A stretch of DNA of 64,000 bases from an uncultured Phycisphaerales bacterium (GCA_963844715.1 CAWJPJ010000007.1:832001-896000); one strand, 5' to 3'. Positions 21,996 through 33,705 are shown, numbered from the stretch's first letter. Program-made: numbers and translations. Notes: generated from the letters alone by a model not told the origin.

Positions 21996-22511
21996 ATGCA
22001 AGACCTCAAAAAACTCATCCGCGACGTCCCCGACTTCCCCAAACCCGGCATCCTCTTCCGAGACATCACGCCCCTCCTGGCCGACCCCTCGGGCCTGGCC
22101 CTCTCCGTGGAACTCATGGCCAGCCCCTTCCGAGGCAAGCACATCGACCTGGTCATCGGCGCCGAAAGCCGCGGCTTCATCTTCGGCACCGCCGTCGCCA
22201 TGTGCCTCTCCGCAGGCTTTGGCCTGGTCCGCAAACCCGGCAAGCTGCCGCATAAGAGAGTCAGCCAAACCTACGACCTCGAATACGGCACCGACACGCT
22301 CGAGATGCACGCCGACGCCATCATCCGAGGCCAGCGCGTCCTCATCGTCGACGACGTCCTCGCCACCGGCGGCACCATGAAAGCCTGCGTGGACCTCGTT
22401 CGTCAACTGGGCGGCGACCTCATCGGCATCGCCGTCCTCATCGAACTCCTGGTCCTAAACGGCCGAGAAAAAATCGCACCCCTCCCGCTGCATTCGGTTT
22501 TGCAGTATTAG
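21996..22511 (+). CDS. apt: Adenine phosphoribosyltransferase
   Basis: PDFPKPGILFRDITP, ESRGF, RKPGKLP, VDDVLATGGT. Confidence 0.97.
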   Translation: MQDLKKLIRDVPDFPKPGILFRDITPLLADPSGLALSVELMASPFRGKHIDLVIGAESRGFIFGTAVAMCLSAGFGLVRKPGKLPHKRVSQTYDLEYGTDTLEMHADAIIRGQRVLIVDDVLATGGTMKACVDLVRQLGGDLIGIAVLIELLVLNGREKIAPLPLHSVLQY

Positions 22512-22520
22512 CTGCCAGTC

Positions 22521-23767
22521 GTGTCAGAGCCCCTATTAGCATTACTCCAGCTGGCCGCCGATCGGCTCCGGGCCCGCGACGTGCGCCAGGCCGCCGACAT
22601 CTACCAAAAAATCCTCTCCAAGAATCCGAACCAGCGCGAAGCCCTCGCGGGCCTCGGCACCGTCCACTACGCCGCCGGCGACTACCCTCGGGCCGTCACT
22701 CTTCTCGCCCAGGCCGCCAAAATCGGAGACTTCTCCCCCGAAATTCACGTCAACCTCGGCATGGCACTCCTCGCCGTCGGGCAACTCGACGCCGCCCTCG
22801 CGGAAATGCAAGCGGTCGTCGACCGCCATCCCGACATGGCTTCGGCTCGGCTAGGTTGCGCCACCGCGCGTGCGCCAAGGGCCAAATCGCCGGTGCGATC
22901 GAGCACATGCGCCACGCCGTCCGCCTCCATCCTCAGGCAAGCATCGCCGTCCAACTTGCCGACCTGCTCGACATCGGCGGCCGGCGCCGCGAGGCCATCG
23001 AAGTCTTTCAGCGCGCCGTCGCCGGCATCACGCCCCCCGTCGATTGGCTATGCCGCCTCGCCGAAATGCTTCTGGCCGACCATCAATGCGACGCCGCTCT
23101 TGAAACCTACCGCCAGGCCGTGGAAATCGCCCCTGAAAACGCCGCTGTCCGCGCCCTCCTGGCCAACGCGCGTCAGCTATCAGCGTGAGTTCGACGAAGG
23201 CATCGCCCAGCTCCGCCGCGCCGTCGATCTCGCGCCCCAGGACCCCGCCATCCGCAGCGCCCTCCTCATGGCCCTGCTCCATCACAAAGACACCCAGCCG
23301 CGTGACTTTCTAACCGAGGCCAAAACCTGGAGCGCCCGGCACGTCAAACGCCCGCCCACGCCTCCGCGATATGAAAACACCCGCGACCCAGACCGCCCGC
23401 TTCGCGTCGGCTACCTCTCGACGTTCTTCCGATTCTCCGCCGAGGCTCACTACCTCCTCCCCATCCTCCAGCATCATGACACCGCCAATGTCGAAGTCTT
23501 CTGCTACCCCACGGGAAACATTTCCGATTCCGTCACCGAGCGCTGCGCCGCGCATCCAAAAATTGGCGTCCCCTCCACGGCGTCGATGACGCCGCCGCCC
23601 ACGATCTCATCCGCGCCGACCAAATCGACATCCTCGTCACCCTTGATAACCACCTCCAGGACAACCGCCTCCCTCTCCTGACGCGCAAACCCGCCCCCAT
23701 CTGCGTCACCTGGCTACTCTCCGCCGCCACCACCGGCTGCGACGCCATCGACTACCGTCGGTCATAA
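22521..23767 (+). pseudogene. TPR + O-GlcNAc-transferase (SPINDLY/GT41-like) gene, 3'-truncated at the RAYT repeat
   Basis: TPRs, RPLRVGYLS, DKIDILV, RKPAPICVTWL..TTGCDAIDYR, then reads into the repeat and stops (TAA 23765-23767); C-terminal catalytic half not found downstream. Confidence 0.7.
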
Positions 23768-23792
23768 AGGGGTCACTTCCCATTCTGTCCGC
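23759..23792 (+). repeat. RAYT-associated repeat copy 1
   Basis: cGGTCATAAAGGGGTCACTTCCCattctgtccgc; contains the RAYT stop codon. Confidence 0.9.
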
Positions 23793-24519
23793 CGTTAGCC
23801 GGCGATTCGCGGGCCTGCTTCTCCCTCCTGCGCCTCTGTCGAGGCGACAGTGATTCCAAAGGACCAGCCCGCCGCCCGCGCCGATTCAAGGTCTGCTCCA
23901 CGCCCTGCGCCGCCGCCATTCGGCGCACCCAAGCCGTCGTGCCCAACGGCCGATCGCGAACCACGTGCTCGCGCATCCGCTTCAGCTCCGGCGCCTCCAT
24001 CGTCTCATTCACGAGCCCCAGCCAGTCCCGAGGCCTGGGCATCGGCCACTGCGCCAGCGGCGGAAGAGGTTGCCGATTCACTCGCTGATGCAAACTCGAC
24101 CAAGCCCACGCGTCCGCTCGCCGGCAAAGTCCCGCACGCAGCGGATTCGCTTCGACATATCGGCAGAGCGTGAGAAAATACGAATCTTCCTCAACGCAAA
24201 AATGCTTGTACCGTCCCTGATAAAGATGCCCGCTATCTTCGTCATGATGGGCATGATGCCGGCGGACATGCGTCACCGTAATCCATCGCATGAACTCCTG
24301 AAGCTGCCGTGCCCCGCGCGGACGCACCACCAGGTGCCAGTGATTCGGCATGATGCACCAGGCCAGCAGATCCACGCGATAACGCCGCAATCCTTCGACC
24401 AGGCAACCCAAAAACGCCTCATAATCCCCGGGCTTATCAAAGATCCGCATTCGCCTATTACCGCGGTTTAGCACGTGATAAACTACATCCGGAATGATTC
24501 GCCGCAGAGGTCGAGGCAT
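23773..24519 (-). CDS. REP-associated tyrosine transposase (RAYT, Y1 HUH family)
   Basis: YHVLNRGN, HUH motif MPNHWHLVV, GHLYQGRY, catalytic YVEANPLRAGL, WSS. Confidence 0.92.
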   Translation of the reverse strand: MPRPLRRIIPDVVYHVLNRGNRRMRIFDKPGDYEAFLGCLVEGLRRYRVDLLAWCIMPNHWHLVVRPRGARQLQEFMRWITVTHVRRHHAHHDEDSGHLYQGRYKHFCVEEDSYFLTLCRYVEANPLRAGLCRRADAWAWSSLHQRVNRQPLPPLAQWPMPRPRDWLGLVNETMEAPELKRMREHVVRDRPLGTTAWVRRMAAAQGVEQTLNRRGRRAGPLESLSPRQRRRREKQARESPANGGQNGK

Positions 24520-24548
24520 GCGCCAAAACATAAACGAAACCCCGTCGT

Positions 24549-24580
24549 CGGTCAATTCGGGAAGTGACCCCTTTATGACC
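24549..24580 (-). repeat. RAYT-associated repeat copy 2 (inverted)
   Basis: cggtcaattcGGGAAGTGACCCCTTTATGACC; 22-bp core is a perfect reverse complement of 23760-23781. Confidence 0.9.
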
Positions 24581-24625
24581 TCATTTTTTGCTGTTTCTGC
24601 CCGGGGCTAAAATTCTGGCAATCAA

Positions 24626-25051
24626 ATGATGATCAATTTATTAAAGGACGGCACTAAGATACATCTGTGGGGTGTTGTACAGTCCCATTGGGGCATTGTG
24701 CGCAAGGATAAGCGACTTGGCCCGCTCGAGGGGAATGCCATGGACGCGAGAGCTCTTTTGGCCGATATGGCGCGGTCATTGATTCCTGCCTACTGGCCGC
24801 AAGCGCCGTTTCTGTTTATCGGCTTGGAGTCCGAATCGTTAGGACGCGACTTAAAGCAATTTAAATTGCCAAGATTTCTCGCCGTGGGCCTTTTCATCTG
24901 TAATGATCCCGTTAGCGATAAATCGAAGGAAGGTTCTTTCCTGTACGTTTCCTGGGAACAAGCGAAGCTAGAGCCCCAAATTAGCCCAGAGAATTATGAG
25001 GCGATCGTGAGTATAAGTTGGTCTTCACATGCGAGCGACTTCAGTTGGTAG
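24626..25051 (+). CDS. AT-richer hypothetical cargo protein (141 aa) between RAYT repeats 2 and 3
   Basis: Only long ORF listed in the interval; foreign-looking codon usage; ends about 18 bp before repeat 3. Confidence 0.7.
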   Translation: MMINLLKDGTKIHLWGVVQSHWGIVRKDKRLGPLEGNAMDARALLADMARSLIPAYWPQAPFLFIGLESESLGRDLKQFKLPRFLAVGLFICNDPVSDKSKEGSFLYVSWEQAKLEPQISPENYEAIVSISWSSHASDFSW

Positions 25052-25068
25052 CGGGGCGGTATAAAAGG

Positions 25069-25103
25069 GCGGTCATAAGGGGGTCACTTCCCATTCTGAC
25101 CGC
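25069..25103 (+). repeat. RAYT-associated repeat copy 3
   Basis: gcGGTCATAAGGGGGTCACTTCCCattctgaccgc; 2 mismatches to copy 1 over 34 bp; ends pair as GCGGTCA/TGACCGC. Confidence 0.9.
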
Positions 25104-25383
25104 GCATTGCGCTATCGCGTCCAAAAAGCTTTTAAGCGGCGTCCTTTCGCCGCTTACGGCGCGCTGTCATGGCACGTCGATCTATTGAGCCGTAACTCAA
25201 TCCCGCAGTCGCGGAGCCCCGCAGTCGCGGAATCTGTCCCCGCATCGCATCGCCCAAGATCTAATTATTATTCAACAACCAAACTCCCCATCCCCCCAAA
25301 CGCATCAAAAGTGTCAACTTTTGTCCGCGCTTTCCCCGCCAGCCCCAGTAATTTCTTCCATTTCTCTCTCAGCTTTCCCCGCC

Positions 25384-26202
25384 CTAATCCCCATTATCCT
25401 CATCCCCCGGCGTCCGTATCCGCAGGTTCCTCAAACTCGGCAATATCCCCCGCCCAGGCGCCATCAGGAACGCAATCAACTCATCCAACTCCGGAACCTG
25501 CGGCAGCTTCCTCATCGCCGCCAGGATGTCCGGAAGTGTCCGATGGGTGTGCATGGCATGGTACGCCGCCCGCAGTGAGACAATCGCCTGCCTCGACATC
25601 CCCGACCTGCGGCACCCGATCGCGTTGTACCCCTTCAACCCCCGATACCGAACCGCCCCGAACGGCGGAACATCATGGCTCAGCGCTTCGTTACCCGCGA
25701 TCATGACCAGCCGTCCAATGCGGCAATACTGATGGATCGCCGATCCGCCTCCCAAAAACGCCCGGTCGCCGACAGACACATGCCCGCCCAGCAGCACGGC
25801 GTTGGCCATGATCACATCGTTTCCCACGTTGCAATCGTGTCCGACATGGGCGGCCACCATCAGCATGCATCGATCGCCGACCCGCGTCGCGTGGTCGCCG
25901 TCCGGATAAATGGATCGATGGACCGACGCCGTTTCTCGGATGATGACGTCGTCCCCGATGATCAGGCGCACCCCCACTCCGTCGTGCTTCAGATGCTGCG
26001 GCGCGAGCCCGATATACGCAGCCGGTCCTATTTTGCAATTCTTCCCGGTCTGGGTGTTCCCATGAATATGGGTGTGCTCGTGAACGATGGTCCCCGCACC
26101 AGGCGTACGCCCGCCTTGATGATGCAGTACGCCGCCGATCCGAACATCATCGGCAAGCTCAGCTTTTGGATCGACAATCGCGGTAGGGTGAATTTCTCTC
26201 AT
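25384..26202 (-). CDS. lpxA: UDP-N-acetylglucosamine O-acyltransferase
   Basis: IHPTAIVDPKAEL, hexapeptide repeats, IRE..SVHR, HVGHDC, LGGHV, IHQYCRIG, GYNAIGCRR. Confidence 0.88.
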   Translation of the reverse strand: MREIHPTAIVDPKAELADDVRIGGVLHHQGGRTPGAGTIVHEHTHIHGNTQTGKNCKIGPAAYIGLAPQHLKHDGVGVRLIIGDDVIIRETASVHRSIYPDGDHATRVGDRCMLMVAAHVGHDCNVGNDVIMANAVLLGGHVSVGDRAFLGGGSAIHQYCRIGRLVMIAGNEALSHDVPPFGAVRYRGLKGYNAIGCRRSGMSRQAIVSLRAAYHAMHTHRTLPDILAAMRKLPQVPELDELIAFLMAPGRGILPSLRNLRIRTPGDEDNGD

Positions 26203-26348
26203 CAAATCCCTGCCACGGGGGTAAGAACGCCCAAGTCGCGGGAGGGTTGATTTTAAACGCCAGTGGCGTTTCCCACAATTGCTGTACCGGGCGCGAATAA
26301 TCCGGTAAAAATGACCCGCAAGCACCAACAAGAAGGAGAAAACCGTCA

Positions 26349-27536
26349 ATGGAGATCGGGCTTTGGGCCATGCTCGGCGGGGCGATGCTGCTTCTCCGCG
26401 CGGGTCTGGCGATCTATCTCTGCGGGGCCAGCCGATCCAAAAATGCCCTCTCCACGATTTTCCGCTCGATCGCGGAATTGGCCGTGGGGATTCTCGCCTT
26501 CTGGGCCATCGGCGACGCCATCGACCGGCACGCCCCCGGCGCCATGTTTTTCCGCTACCCGCCACCAGCGCGTCCACGCTTTTTGTCGCGATGGTCTGTA
26601 TTTTCGCCGCCGGCCTCGCCGTCGCCCCCACCATCGAGCGCAGTCGCGCCCGTCGTCTCCATGCTCGGCGCGTTTCTCTGGGCCGGAATTGTCACGCCGC
26701 TCGCCTGGCATCACGCCTGGGATGGATGGCTGCACCGCGTCGGATTTGTCGATTGCGCCGGCAGTTGCTTCGTTCATTTTTCCGCGGCCATGGCGGCGCT
26801 GGCGGGCGTGATTTTCATCGGGCCACGCCAGGGAAAATACAATCGCGACGGCTCGACGAACGTTTTGCTCGGCCATCACGGCGTCTCAACGTCCATCGGT
26901 TTGCTCCTCATGCTGGCGATCTGGCCGATCTATGTCGTCGGCTGCGCTCTGTTACACGGCGCGGGAGATGAAGCCGCGAGCGCCGCGGCGTTCAACACCA
27001 TCCTCGCCGGTTCCGCGGGAGCGGCACTGGCGATGATTTTCACGGAAATACGATTCCGCAAACTCGACGTCCTGCTGATCTATTTCGGATTGCTCGGAGG
27101 ACTGACGGCCGTCACCGGCGGGGCGGATCAGTTTTCCTCACCCCAGGCCGCCCTGGTCGGAGCCTTGGCCGGCGTGATCGCGCCGTGGGCGGCGATGCGG
27201 CTCGATTTAGTCTGGAAAATCGACGACCCAAGCGGCTTCATCGCCGTCTGCACCACAGGTGGAATCATCGGAACCCTGGCAACCGCATTGCTTTCGCCCG
27301 GGCAACCGGACGAGCGGATTCACCTGCTCGGCGTGCAATGCGTAGGGCTTACGGCGATCGGCGCGATCAGTTTCGCCATCAGCGCGGCCGCGATGCTCGC
27401 GCTGAAATCACTCGGCCGTCTTCGCGTATCGGATGCCGATGAATTCGACGGCCTCGATCTGGCCGAGCACGACATGAACGCCTATCCCGATTTTCAGCAG
27501 ACCACGATCAAGAGCTATCACACCCGGGAAATCTGA
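26349..27536 (+). CDS. amt: Ammonium transporter family protein (compensating frameshifts near 26560-26650)
   Basis: DCAGSCFVH, GPRQGKY, NTILA, GLTAVT, IDDP, GLDLAEH; many TM helices. Confidence 0.85.
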   Translation: MEIGLWAMLGGAMLLLRAGLAIYLCGASRSKNALSTIFRSIAELAVGILAFWAIGDAIDRHAPGAMFFRYPPPARPRFLSRWSVFSPPASPSPPPSSAVAPVVSMLGAFLWAGIVTPLAWHHAWDGWLHRVGFVDCAGSCFVHFSAAMAALAGVIFIGPRQGKYNRDGSTNVLLGHHGVSTSIGLLLMLAIWPIYVVGCALLHGAGDEAASAAAFNTILAGSAGAALAMIFTEIRFRKLDVLLIYFGLLGGLTAVTGGADQFSSPQAALVGALAGVIAPWAAMRLDLVWKIDDPSGFIAVCTTGGIIGTLATALLSPGQPDERIHLLGVQCVGLTAIGAISFAISAAAMLALKSLGRLRVSDADEFDGLDLAEHDMNAYPDFQQTTIKSYHTREI

Positions 27537-27550
27537 CGCAAAGATTTTTT

Positions 27551-27663
27551 GCCACAGATTTAAATCAGATGAACACGGATTGGATTTCACTGGCAACTAA
27601 CAACTAGCGACTAGCAACCAGCATTTTGTTCTTATCTGTGTCCATCTGATTTCCATCTGTGGC
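27551..27663. repeat. 30-bp periodic inverted repeat (CACAGAT units) enclosing a CAACTAG heptamer array
   Basis: Arms 27551-27580 and 27634-27663 match at 26/30; heptamers at 27587-27621. Confidence 0.85.
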
Positions 27664-27667
27664 TAAT

Positions 27668-28791
27668 CTAATCTCCCATCGCGTCAAGGATCTTGGGGAT
27701 TTGGTTTTCCCATCGCAGGTTTTGCATCGCCTTCACGCCGGCCGCGGCGCGGCGGCGGGCTTCTTCTCTGTTTTGATAAATCTCTTCCAGCCTCTGGACG
27801 ATTTCGTCGACGGATGATTCGCCCCATCCTTCCACATTGGGGAAGAACGTCGTCGGGCGGACCGGTTTTTGCGATTTCAGCGGATAGCAGATTTCGTCGG
27901 AGATGATGTCCAGATGTCCGGTGTTGGCCGAAAGGATGGTCGGCACACCGCAGGCGAGGCATTCCATCGCGGTGAAATTCGTCGCCCCTTCGCAGCGGCT
28001 CGGGAAAATCGCGGCGTCCATCTCGCGCAAAAGCGGCGGCAGGTGCCAGTTCAACGGCATCCCAAGGTCCAGGAACAGGGGCAGGCCGTGCTTGTGCAGC
28101 CACGGGGCGAAGTCAATTTTGCCGTCGGAGTGGACCGCTGGCGGGCCGTCGACGAGCCCGCCGGTGGCGATTTCCGTCATGGTCAGAGGCCACGCATTGT
28201 GCCAGGCGAAGACCAGAATCGTTTCCGGATGCCGCTGTCGGAAAGCCCGCACGGCCGCGACAACCAGGTCCTGACCTTTGCGGTATTCGAGTTTTCCCCC
28301 CGAGAAAATGAGAAAATGGTTTTCCCAAAGTCCGGAACGCTCGCCGGGCGAGAAGAGGGAGGTATCGACGCCCTGAAGCACAACATGGGGATTCGCGATG
28401 CCATGCGCCCGCAGAATTTTGGCGTTAAATTCCGATCCGGTGATCCAGGTGCGGATGTTTCGGGTTCTTTCCAACCCGCCGGGATTGATGCGGGAATTTT
28501 CGAAGACCGTGATCGCGGCGTTGTGGCTCGACTTGGCCTTGGCGAGCTGCTCGCCCCCTCGAGGTGATTGGTCAGATTGGTAATGATCGGGCAATCCAGC
28601 GGCGCGGGTCGCGCCGGAGCCTGCACCGCCATCGAAAATGCCCCCTGAAGCGGCGACAGCGAACCCCAATCCGGCAGGCGGACAAGAAGCGGCCCAACCC
28701 CTTCGGCTGCGCACTGCAGTGCAAGGTTCAACCCGTAAACCCCCCAGCCGGTGCGGGAGTCGATCTGAATGTCGATGGCAAGATGGTTCAT
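27668..28791 (-). CDS. Family 4 glycosyltransferase (frameshifted)
   Basis: [45 protein letters not shown]. Confidence 0.85.
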
Positions 28792-28831
28792 GGTGGCGGC
28801 CATTATGAACGAGCAGCGCACCCGGACAAAC

Positions 28832-28940
28832 CCGAATGACGAAACCCGAAATCCGAATCAAATCCGAAATCCGAATGAGCGACAGCCTTCGGTCATTCGG
28901 ACATTTTGGTTTGATTCTGGTTTCGGGTTTCGTCATTCGG
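28832..28940. repeat. ~47-bp heptamer-periodic (CCGAAAT/CCGAATG) inverted repeat
   Basis: Arms 28832-28878 and 28893-28940; outer 20 bp perfectly complementary. Confidence 0.9.
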
Positions 28941-28969
28941 CTTTCTCCTTGGTATATTCCCACCCCCTT

Positions 28970-30067
28970 ATGGCTCTAGAAGTCGGCATCGTCGGTCTCC
29001 CCAACGTGGGCAAAAGCACCATCTTCAACGCCCTCACCGCGGCAGGGGCGCTGGCGGCCAATTACCCTTTCGCAACCATCGAACCCAACGTCGGCGTCGT
29101 CTCCGTCCCCGACGAACGCCTCAAGATCATCAACCAGTTTCAGGAAACCGAAAAAATCATCGCCGCCGCCCTGCGCATCGTCGATATCGCGGGAATCGTC
29201 CGCGGCGCGAGCACGGGGGAGGGATTGGGGAACAAGTTCCTTTCGCATATCCGGGAAGTGGATGCGATTCTGCATGTCGTGCGCTGCTTCGCCGGGACGG
29301 ATATCCTGCACGTCGAGGGATCGGTCGATCCCATCCGCGACATCGAAACCATCGACACCGAACTGGCCCTGGCCGATTTGGAAACGGTCTCCGCCTCGCT
29401 CGATAAAACCGAGCGCCTGGCCCGCAGCGGCGACAAGGACGCCGCCGCCCGCGTCGAAGTCCTGAAAAAATGCCGCGGCGGTTTTGGATCAGGCCAAACC
29501 CGTCCGCTCGCTCGAGCTTCATTCCGACGAGAAAAAAAATCCTGCGCAGGGTTGGGCTTGATCACCGCCAAACAGGTTCTCTATGTGGCGAATGTCGAGG
29601 AATCGGATTTATCGGGGACCGGACCGCTAGTTCAGAAAGTGCGCGAGCGGGCCAAAACTGAAGAGGGCGCGGTCGTCCCGGTTTGCGGGAAGCTCGAAGC
29701 GGAACTCGCGGAACTGCCCGAGGCGGACCGACTCGAGATGCTGGCCGGTCTGGGCCTGAAAGAACCCGCCCTGGCAACCCTGGCCCGCGAGGCGTATCGT
29801 CTGCTGGGTCTGCAAAGTTATTTCACCTCAGGCCCCGACGAAATCCGCGCCTGGACAATCCCCGTCGGCGCCACGGCCCCGCAAGCCGCCGGCGTCATCC
29901 ACACCGATTTTGAAAAAGGTTTCATCCGCGCCGAGGTGTACACGCTGGATGACCTGAAGCAGTACAAAACCGAGCCGGCGATCAAATCAGCCGGAAAAAT
30001 GCGGGCCGAGGGGAAAACCTACGTGGTGCACGATGGGGATATTATCCACTTCTTGTTCAGCAGTTGA
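28970..30067 (+). CDS. ychF: Redox-regulated ATPase/GTPase YchF
   Basis: [56 protein letters not shown]. Confidence 0.96.
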   Translation: MALEVGIVGLPNVGKSTIFNALTAAGALAANYPFATIEPNVGVVSVPDERLKIINQFQETEKIIAAALRIVDIAGIVRGASTGEGLGNKFLSHIREVDAILHVVRCFAGTDILHVEGSVDPIRDIETIDTELALADLETVSASLDKTERLARSGDKDAAARVEVLKKCRGGFGSGQTRPLARASFRREKKSCAGLGLITAKQVLYVANVEESDLSGTGPLVQKVRERAKTEEGAVVPVCGKLEAELAELPEADRLEMLAGLGLKEPALATLAREAYRLLGLQSYFTSGPDEIRAWTIPVGATAPQAAGVIHTDFEKGFIRAEVYTLDDLKQYKTEPAIKSAGKMRAEGKTYVVHDGDIIHFLFSS

Positions 30068-30194
30068 TAAACAGAAATCATGAACCATGAACGGGAAACG
30101 GGGGTCGGTGGACGATCCGCAGCGGCTCTAGTAGGATCGGCCCGGGAATCGATTCAAAGCGATCCGGTTGGATATTTAAGTGAACGGCCACGCA

Positions 30195-31601
30195 ATGAGG
30201 CATTTTGATTTAGTTGTGATCGGGACCGGTCCGGCCGGCCAAAAGGCGGCGATTCAGGCGGCGAAGCTCGGCAAGAAAGTCGCCATCATCGAAAAAAATA
30301 ACGTCCTCGGCGGCGCTTCGATCAATACCGGCACCATCCCATCCAAGGCTCTGCGCGAAGCCGTGCTGCATCTCACCGGCGTGGGTAAACGCGGCCTCTT
30401 CGGCGAAAGCTATCGGGTCAAGCGGAACATCACCATCGCGGACCTGATTTATGTCAGCCAGCAGGTGGTGCATCACGAACTCGATCTCATCCGCGACCAC
30501 CTCGAGCGGAACAATATCGAATTGATCTGGGGGGCGGCCCGGTTCGATCAGCCTAAGACGCTTTTCGTGGATCGGCAGGAAGATTTCGAAGTGGTGACGG
30601 GCGACATCATCGTGATCGCCACGGGAACCCGCCCCGCGCGGCCGGCGAGTGTGCCATTCGATGACAAGACGATTTTCACCTCCGACGGGCTTCTCGGCCT
30701 CGACCACATTCCCAAAACCATTATCGTCGTCGGCGGCGGTGTCATCGGAACCGAATATGCCTGCATGATGTCGGCTCTAGGCGTCAAAGTGACGCTCGTC
30801 GAAGGCAGGCACGAAGTTCTGGGCTTCCTCGATCATGAAGTGACCGAAGCGTTTCAATATTCCATGCGCCGCATGGGCATGACGCTTCGGCTCGGGGAAA
30901 AAGTCGCCAAGATCGAACACATTTGCGAGGAGAACGACGTCAGCGGCGCGTGCGTGCAGGCAACCCTGGAGAGCGGGAAAACACTCCGGGCGCAGTGCCT
31001 GCTCTACGCGGTAGGGCGGCAGGGGACGACATCGTCGCTGCAACTCGATCGCGCGGGTTTGCAGGCCGACGATCGCGAGCGATTGAAGGTGAACGAGCAT
31101 TACCAGACCGCCGTGCCGCACATTTATGCGGCGGGAGACGTGATCGGTTTTCCCGCCCTGGCGAGCACAGCCATGGAACAGGGGCGCTTGGCCGTGTGTC
31201 ATGCATTCGGAATCCCGACGCACAGCATCCCCGAACTCTTTCCCTATGGCATCTACGCGATTCCGGAAATCTCGATGGTGGGAAAGACGGAAGATCAACT
31301 TACCCAGGCCGGCATCCCCTACGAAGCGGGGATCGCGCAATATCGCGAACTGGCGCACGGGCAACTATTGGGTGACACGGAGGGAATGCTCAAGCTCCTG
31401 ATTCATCAGGAGAATTTGCAAATCCTCGGCGTTCACGTGATCGGCACGGGGGCGACGGAGCTGATCCACATCGGGCAAGCCGTGATGGCGCTTCAGGGGA
31501 CCGTGGAATACTTCATCAACAGCGTTTTCAATTACCCAACGCTGGCCGAGGCTTACAAAGTTGCGGCGCTGAATGGGATTAACAAGCTACGGCACGTTTA
31601 G
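30195..31601 (+). CDS. sthA: Soluble pyridine nucleotide transhydrogenase
   Basis: GTGPAG, TGTIPSKALRE without redox Cys pair, GFPALAS, PYGIYAIPEIS, FNYPTLAEAYKVAA. Confidence 0.9.
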   Translation: MRHFDLVVIGTGPAGQKAAIQAAKLGKKVAIIEKNNVLGGASINTGTIPSKALREAVLHLTGVGKRGLFGESYRVKRNITIADLIYVSQQVVHHELDLIRDHLERNNIELIWGAARFDQPKTLFVDRQEDFEVVTGDIIVIATGTRPARPASVPFDDKTIFTSDGLLGLDHIPKTIIVVGGGVIGTEYACMMSALGVKVTLVEGRHEVLGFLDHEVTEAFQYSMRRMGMTLRLGEKVAKIEHICEENDVSGACVQATLESGKTLRAQCLLYAVGRQGTTSSLQLDRAGLQADDRERLKVNEHYQTAVPHIYAAGDVIGFPALASTAMEQGRLAVCHAFGIPTHSIPELFPYGIYAIPEISMVGKTEDQLTQAGIPYEAGIAQYRELAHGQLLGDTEGMLKLLIHQENLQILGVHVIGTGATELIHIGQAVMALQGTVEYFINSVFNYPTLAEAYKVAALNGINKLRHV

Positions 31602-31766
31602 TTGCGGCCGCGTAGTAGGGACCGGCCGGGGGACATCGGACCGGTGATCGTTCAACGCGCCGGCAAGCAGCCAGCCGCCCCAGAGCCCGGCGACGATTGC
31701 CGCCAACCGGACCACAAATCTCAATTTCCTGCTCTTCACGAGATGCAGTATAACCGGCGGGGCAAT

Positions 31767-31925
31767 CTGCCAAAGTTGGCGCTGCGGGGCGGGTTTTGAT
31801 CCGCAAGCTGCCAGCCTGACAGGAAGCGGCGCAGAAATCTCCCAGGATCGACGGATTATAAGTCGTTCAAATTAAACAAGTAAGGGTAGATCCGTTCGGC
31901 TCGGATAGCGCGGCATTGGCTTTGT
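31767..31925 (+). promoter_or_regulatory. Possible sigma54-type promoter of the chaperone operon with upstream palindromic activator sites
   Basis: CGGCAT-N5-TTGT at 31911-31925 (GT instead of GC); TGCCA-aagt-TGGCG at 31768 and TGCCA-gcc-TGACA at 31809; AT-rich tract between. Confidence 0.35.
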
Positions 31926-31994
31926 TTAGGGGAACTATGACGTCGGGCGCGGGTTCCCCCGTCCGAGCGAGTATCAATTTCAGAAAAGAAATGA

Positions 31995-33680
<1,686 letters not shown>

Positions 33681-33705
33681 AACGGACGCGATTCCAGAGG
33701 GAACC

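Noticed and set aside
23759..25103. CRISPR array interpretation of the three 34-bp repeats
   Set aside because: Copies alternate in orientation, are separated by gene-length intervals, and no cas genes are present. No CRISPR array was seen anywhere in the window.
25204..25231. Short direct repeat CGCAGTCGCGGA x2
   Set aside because: Only two copies, no link to other features; may be chance or a tiny duplication.
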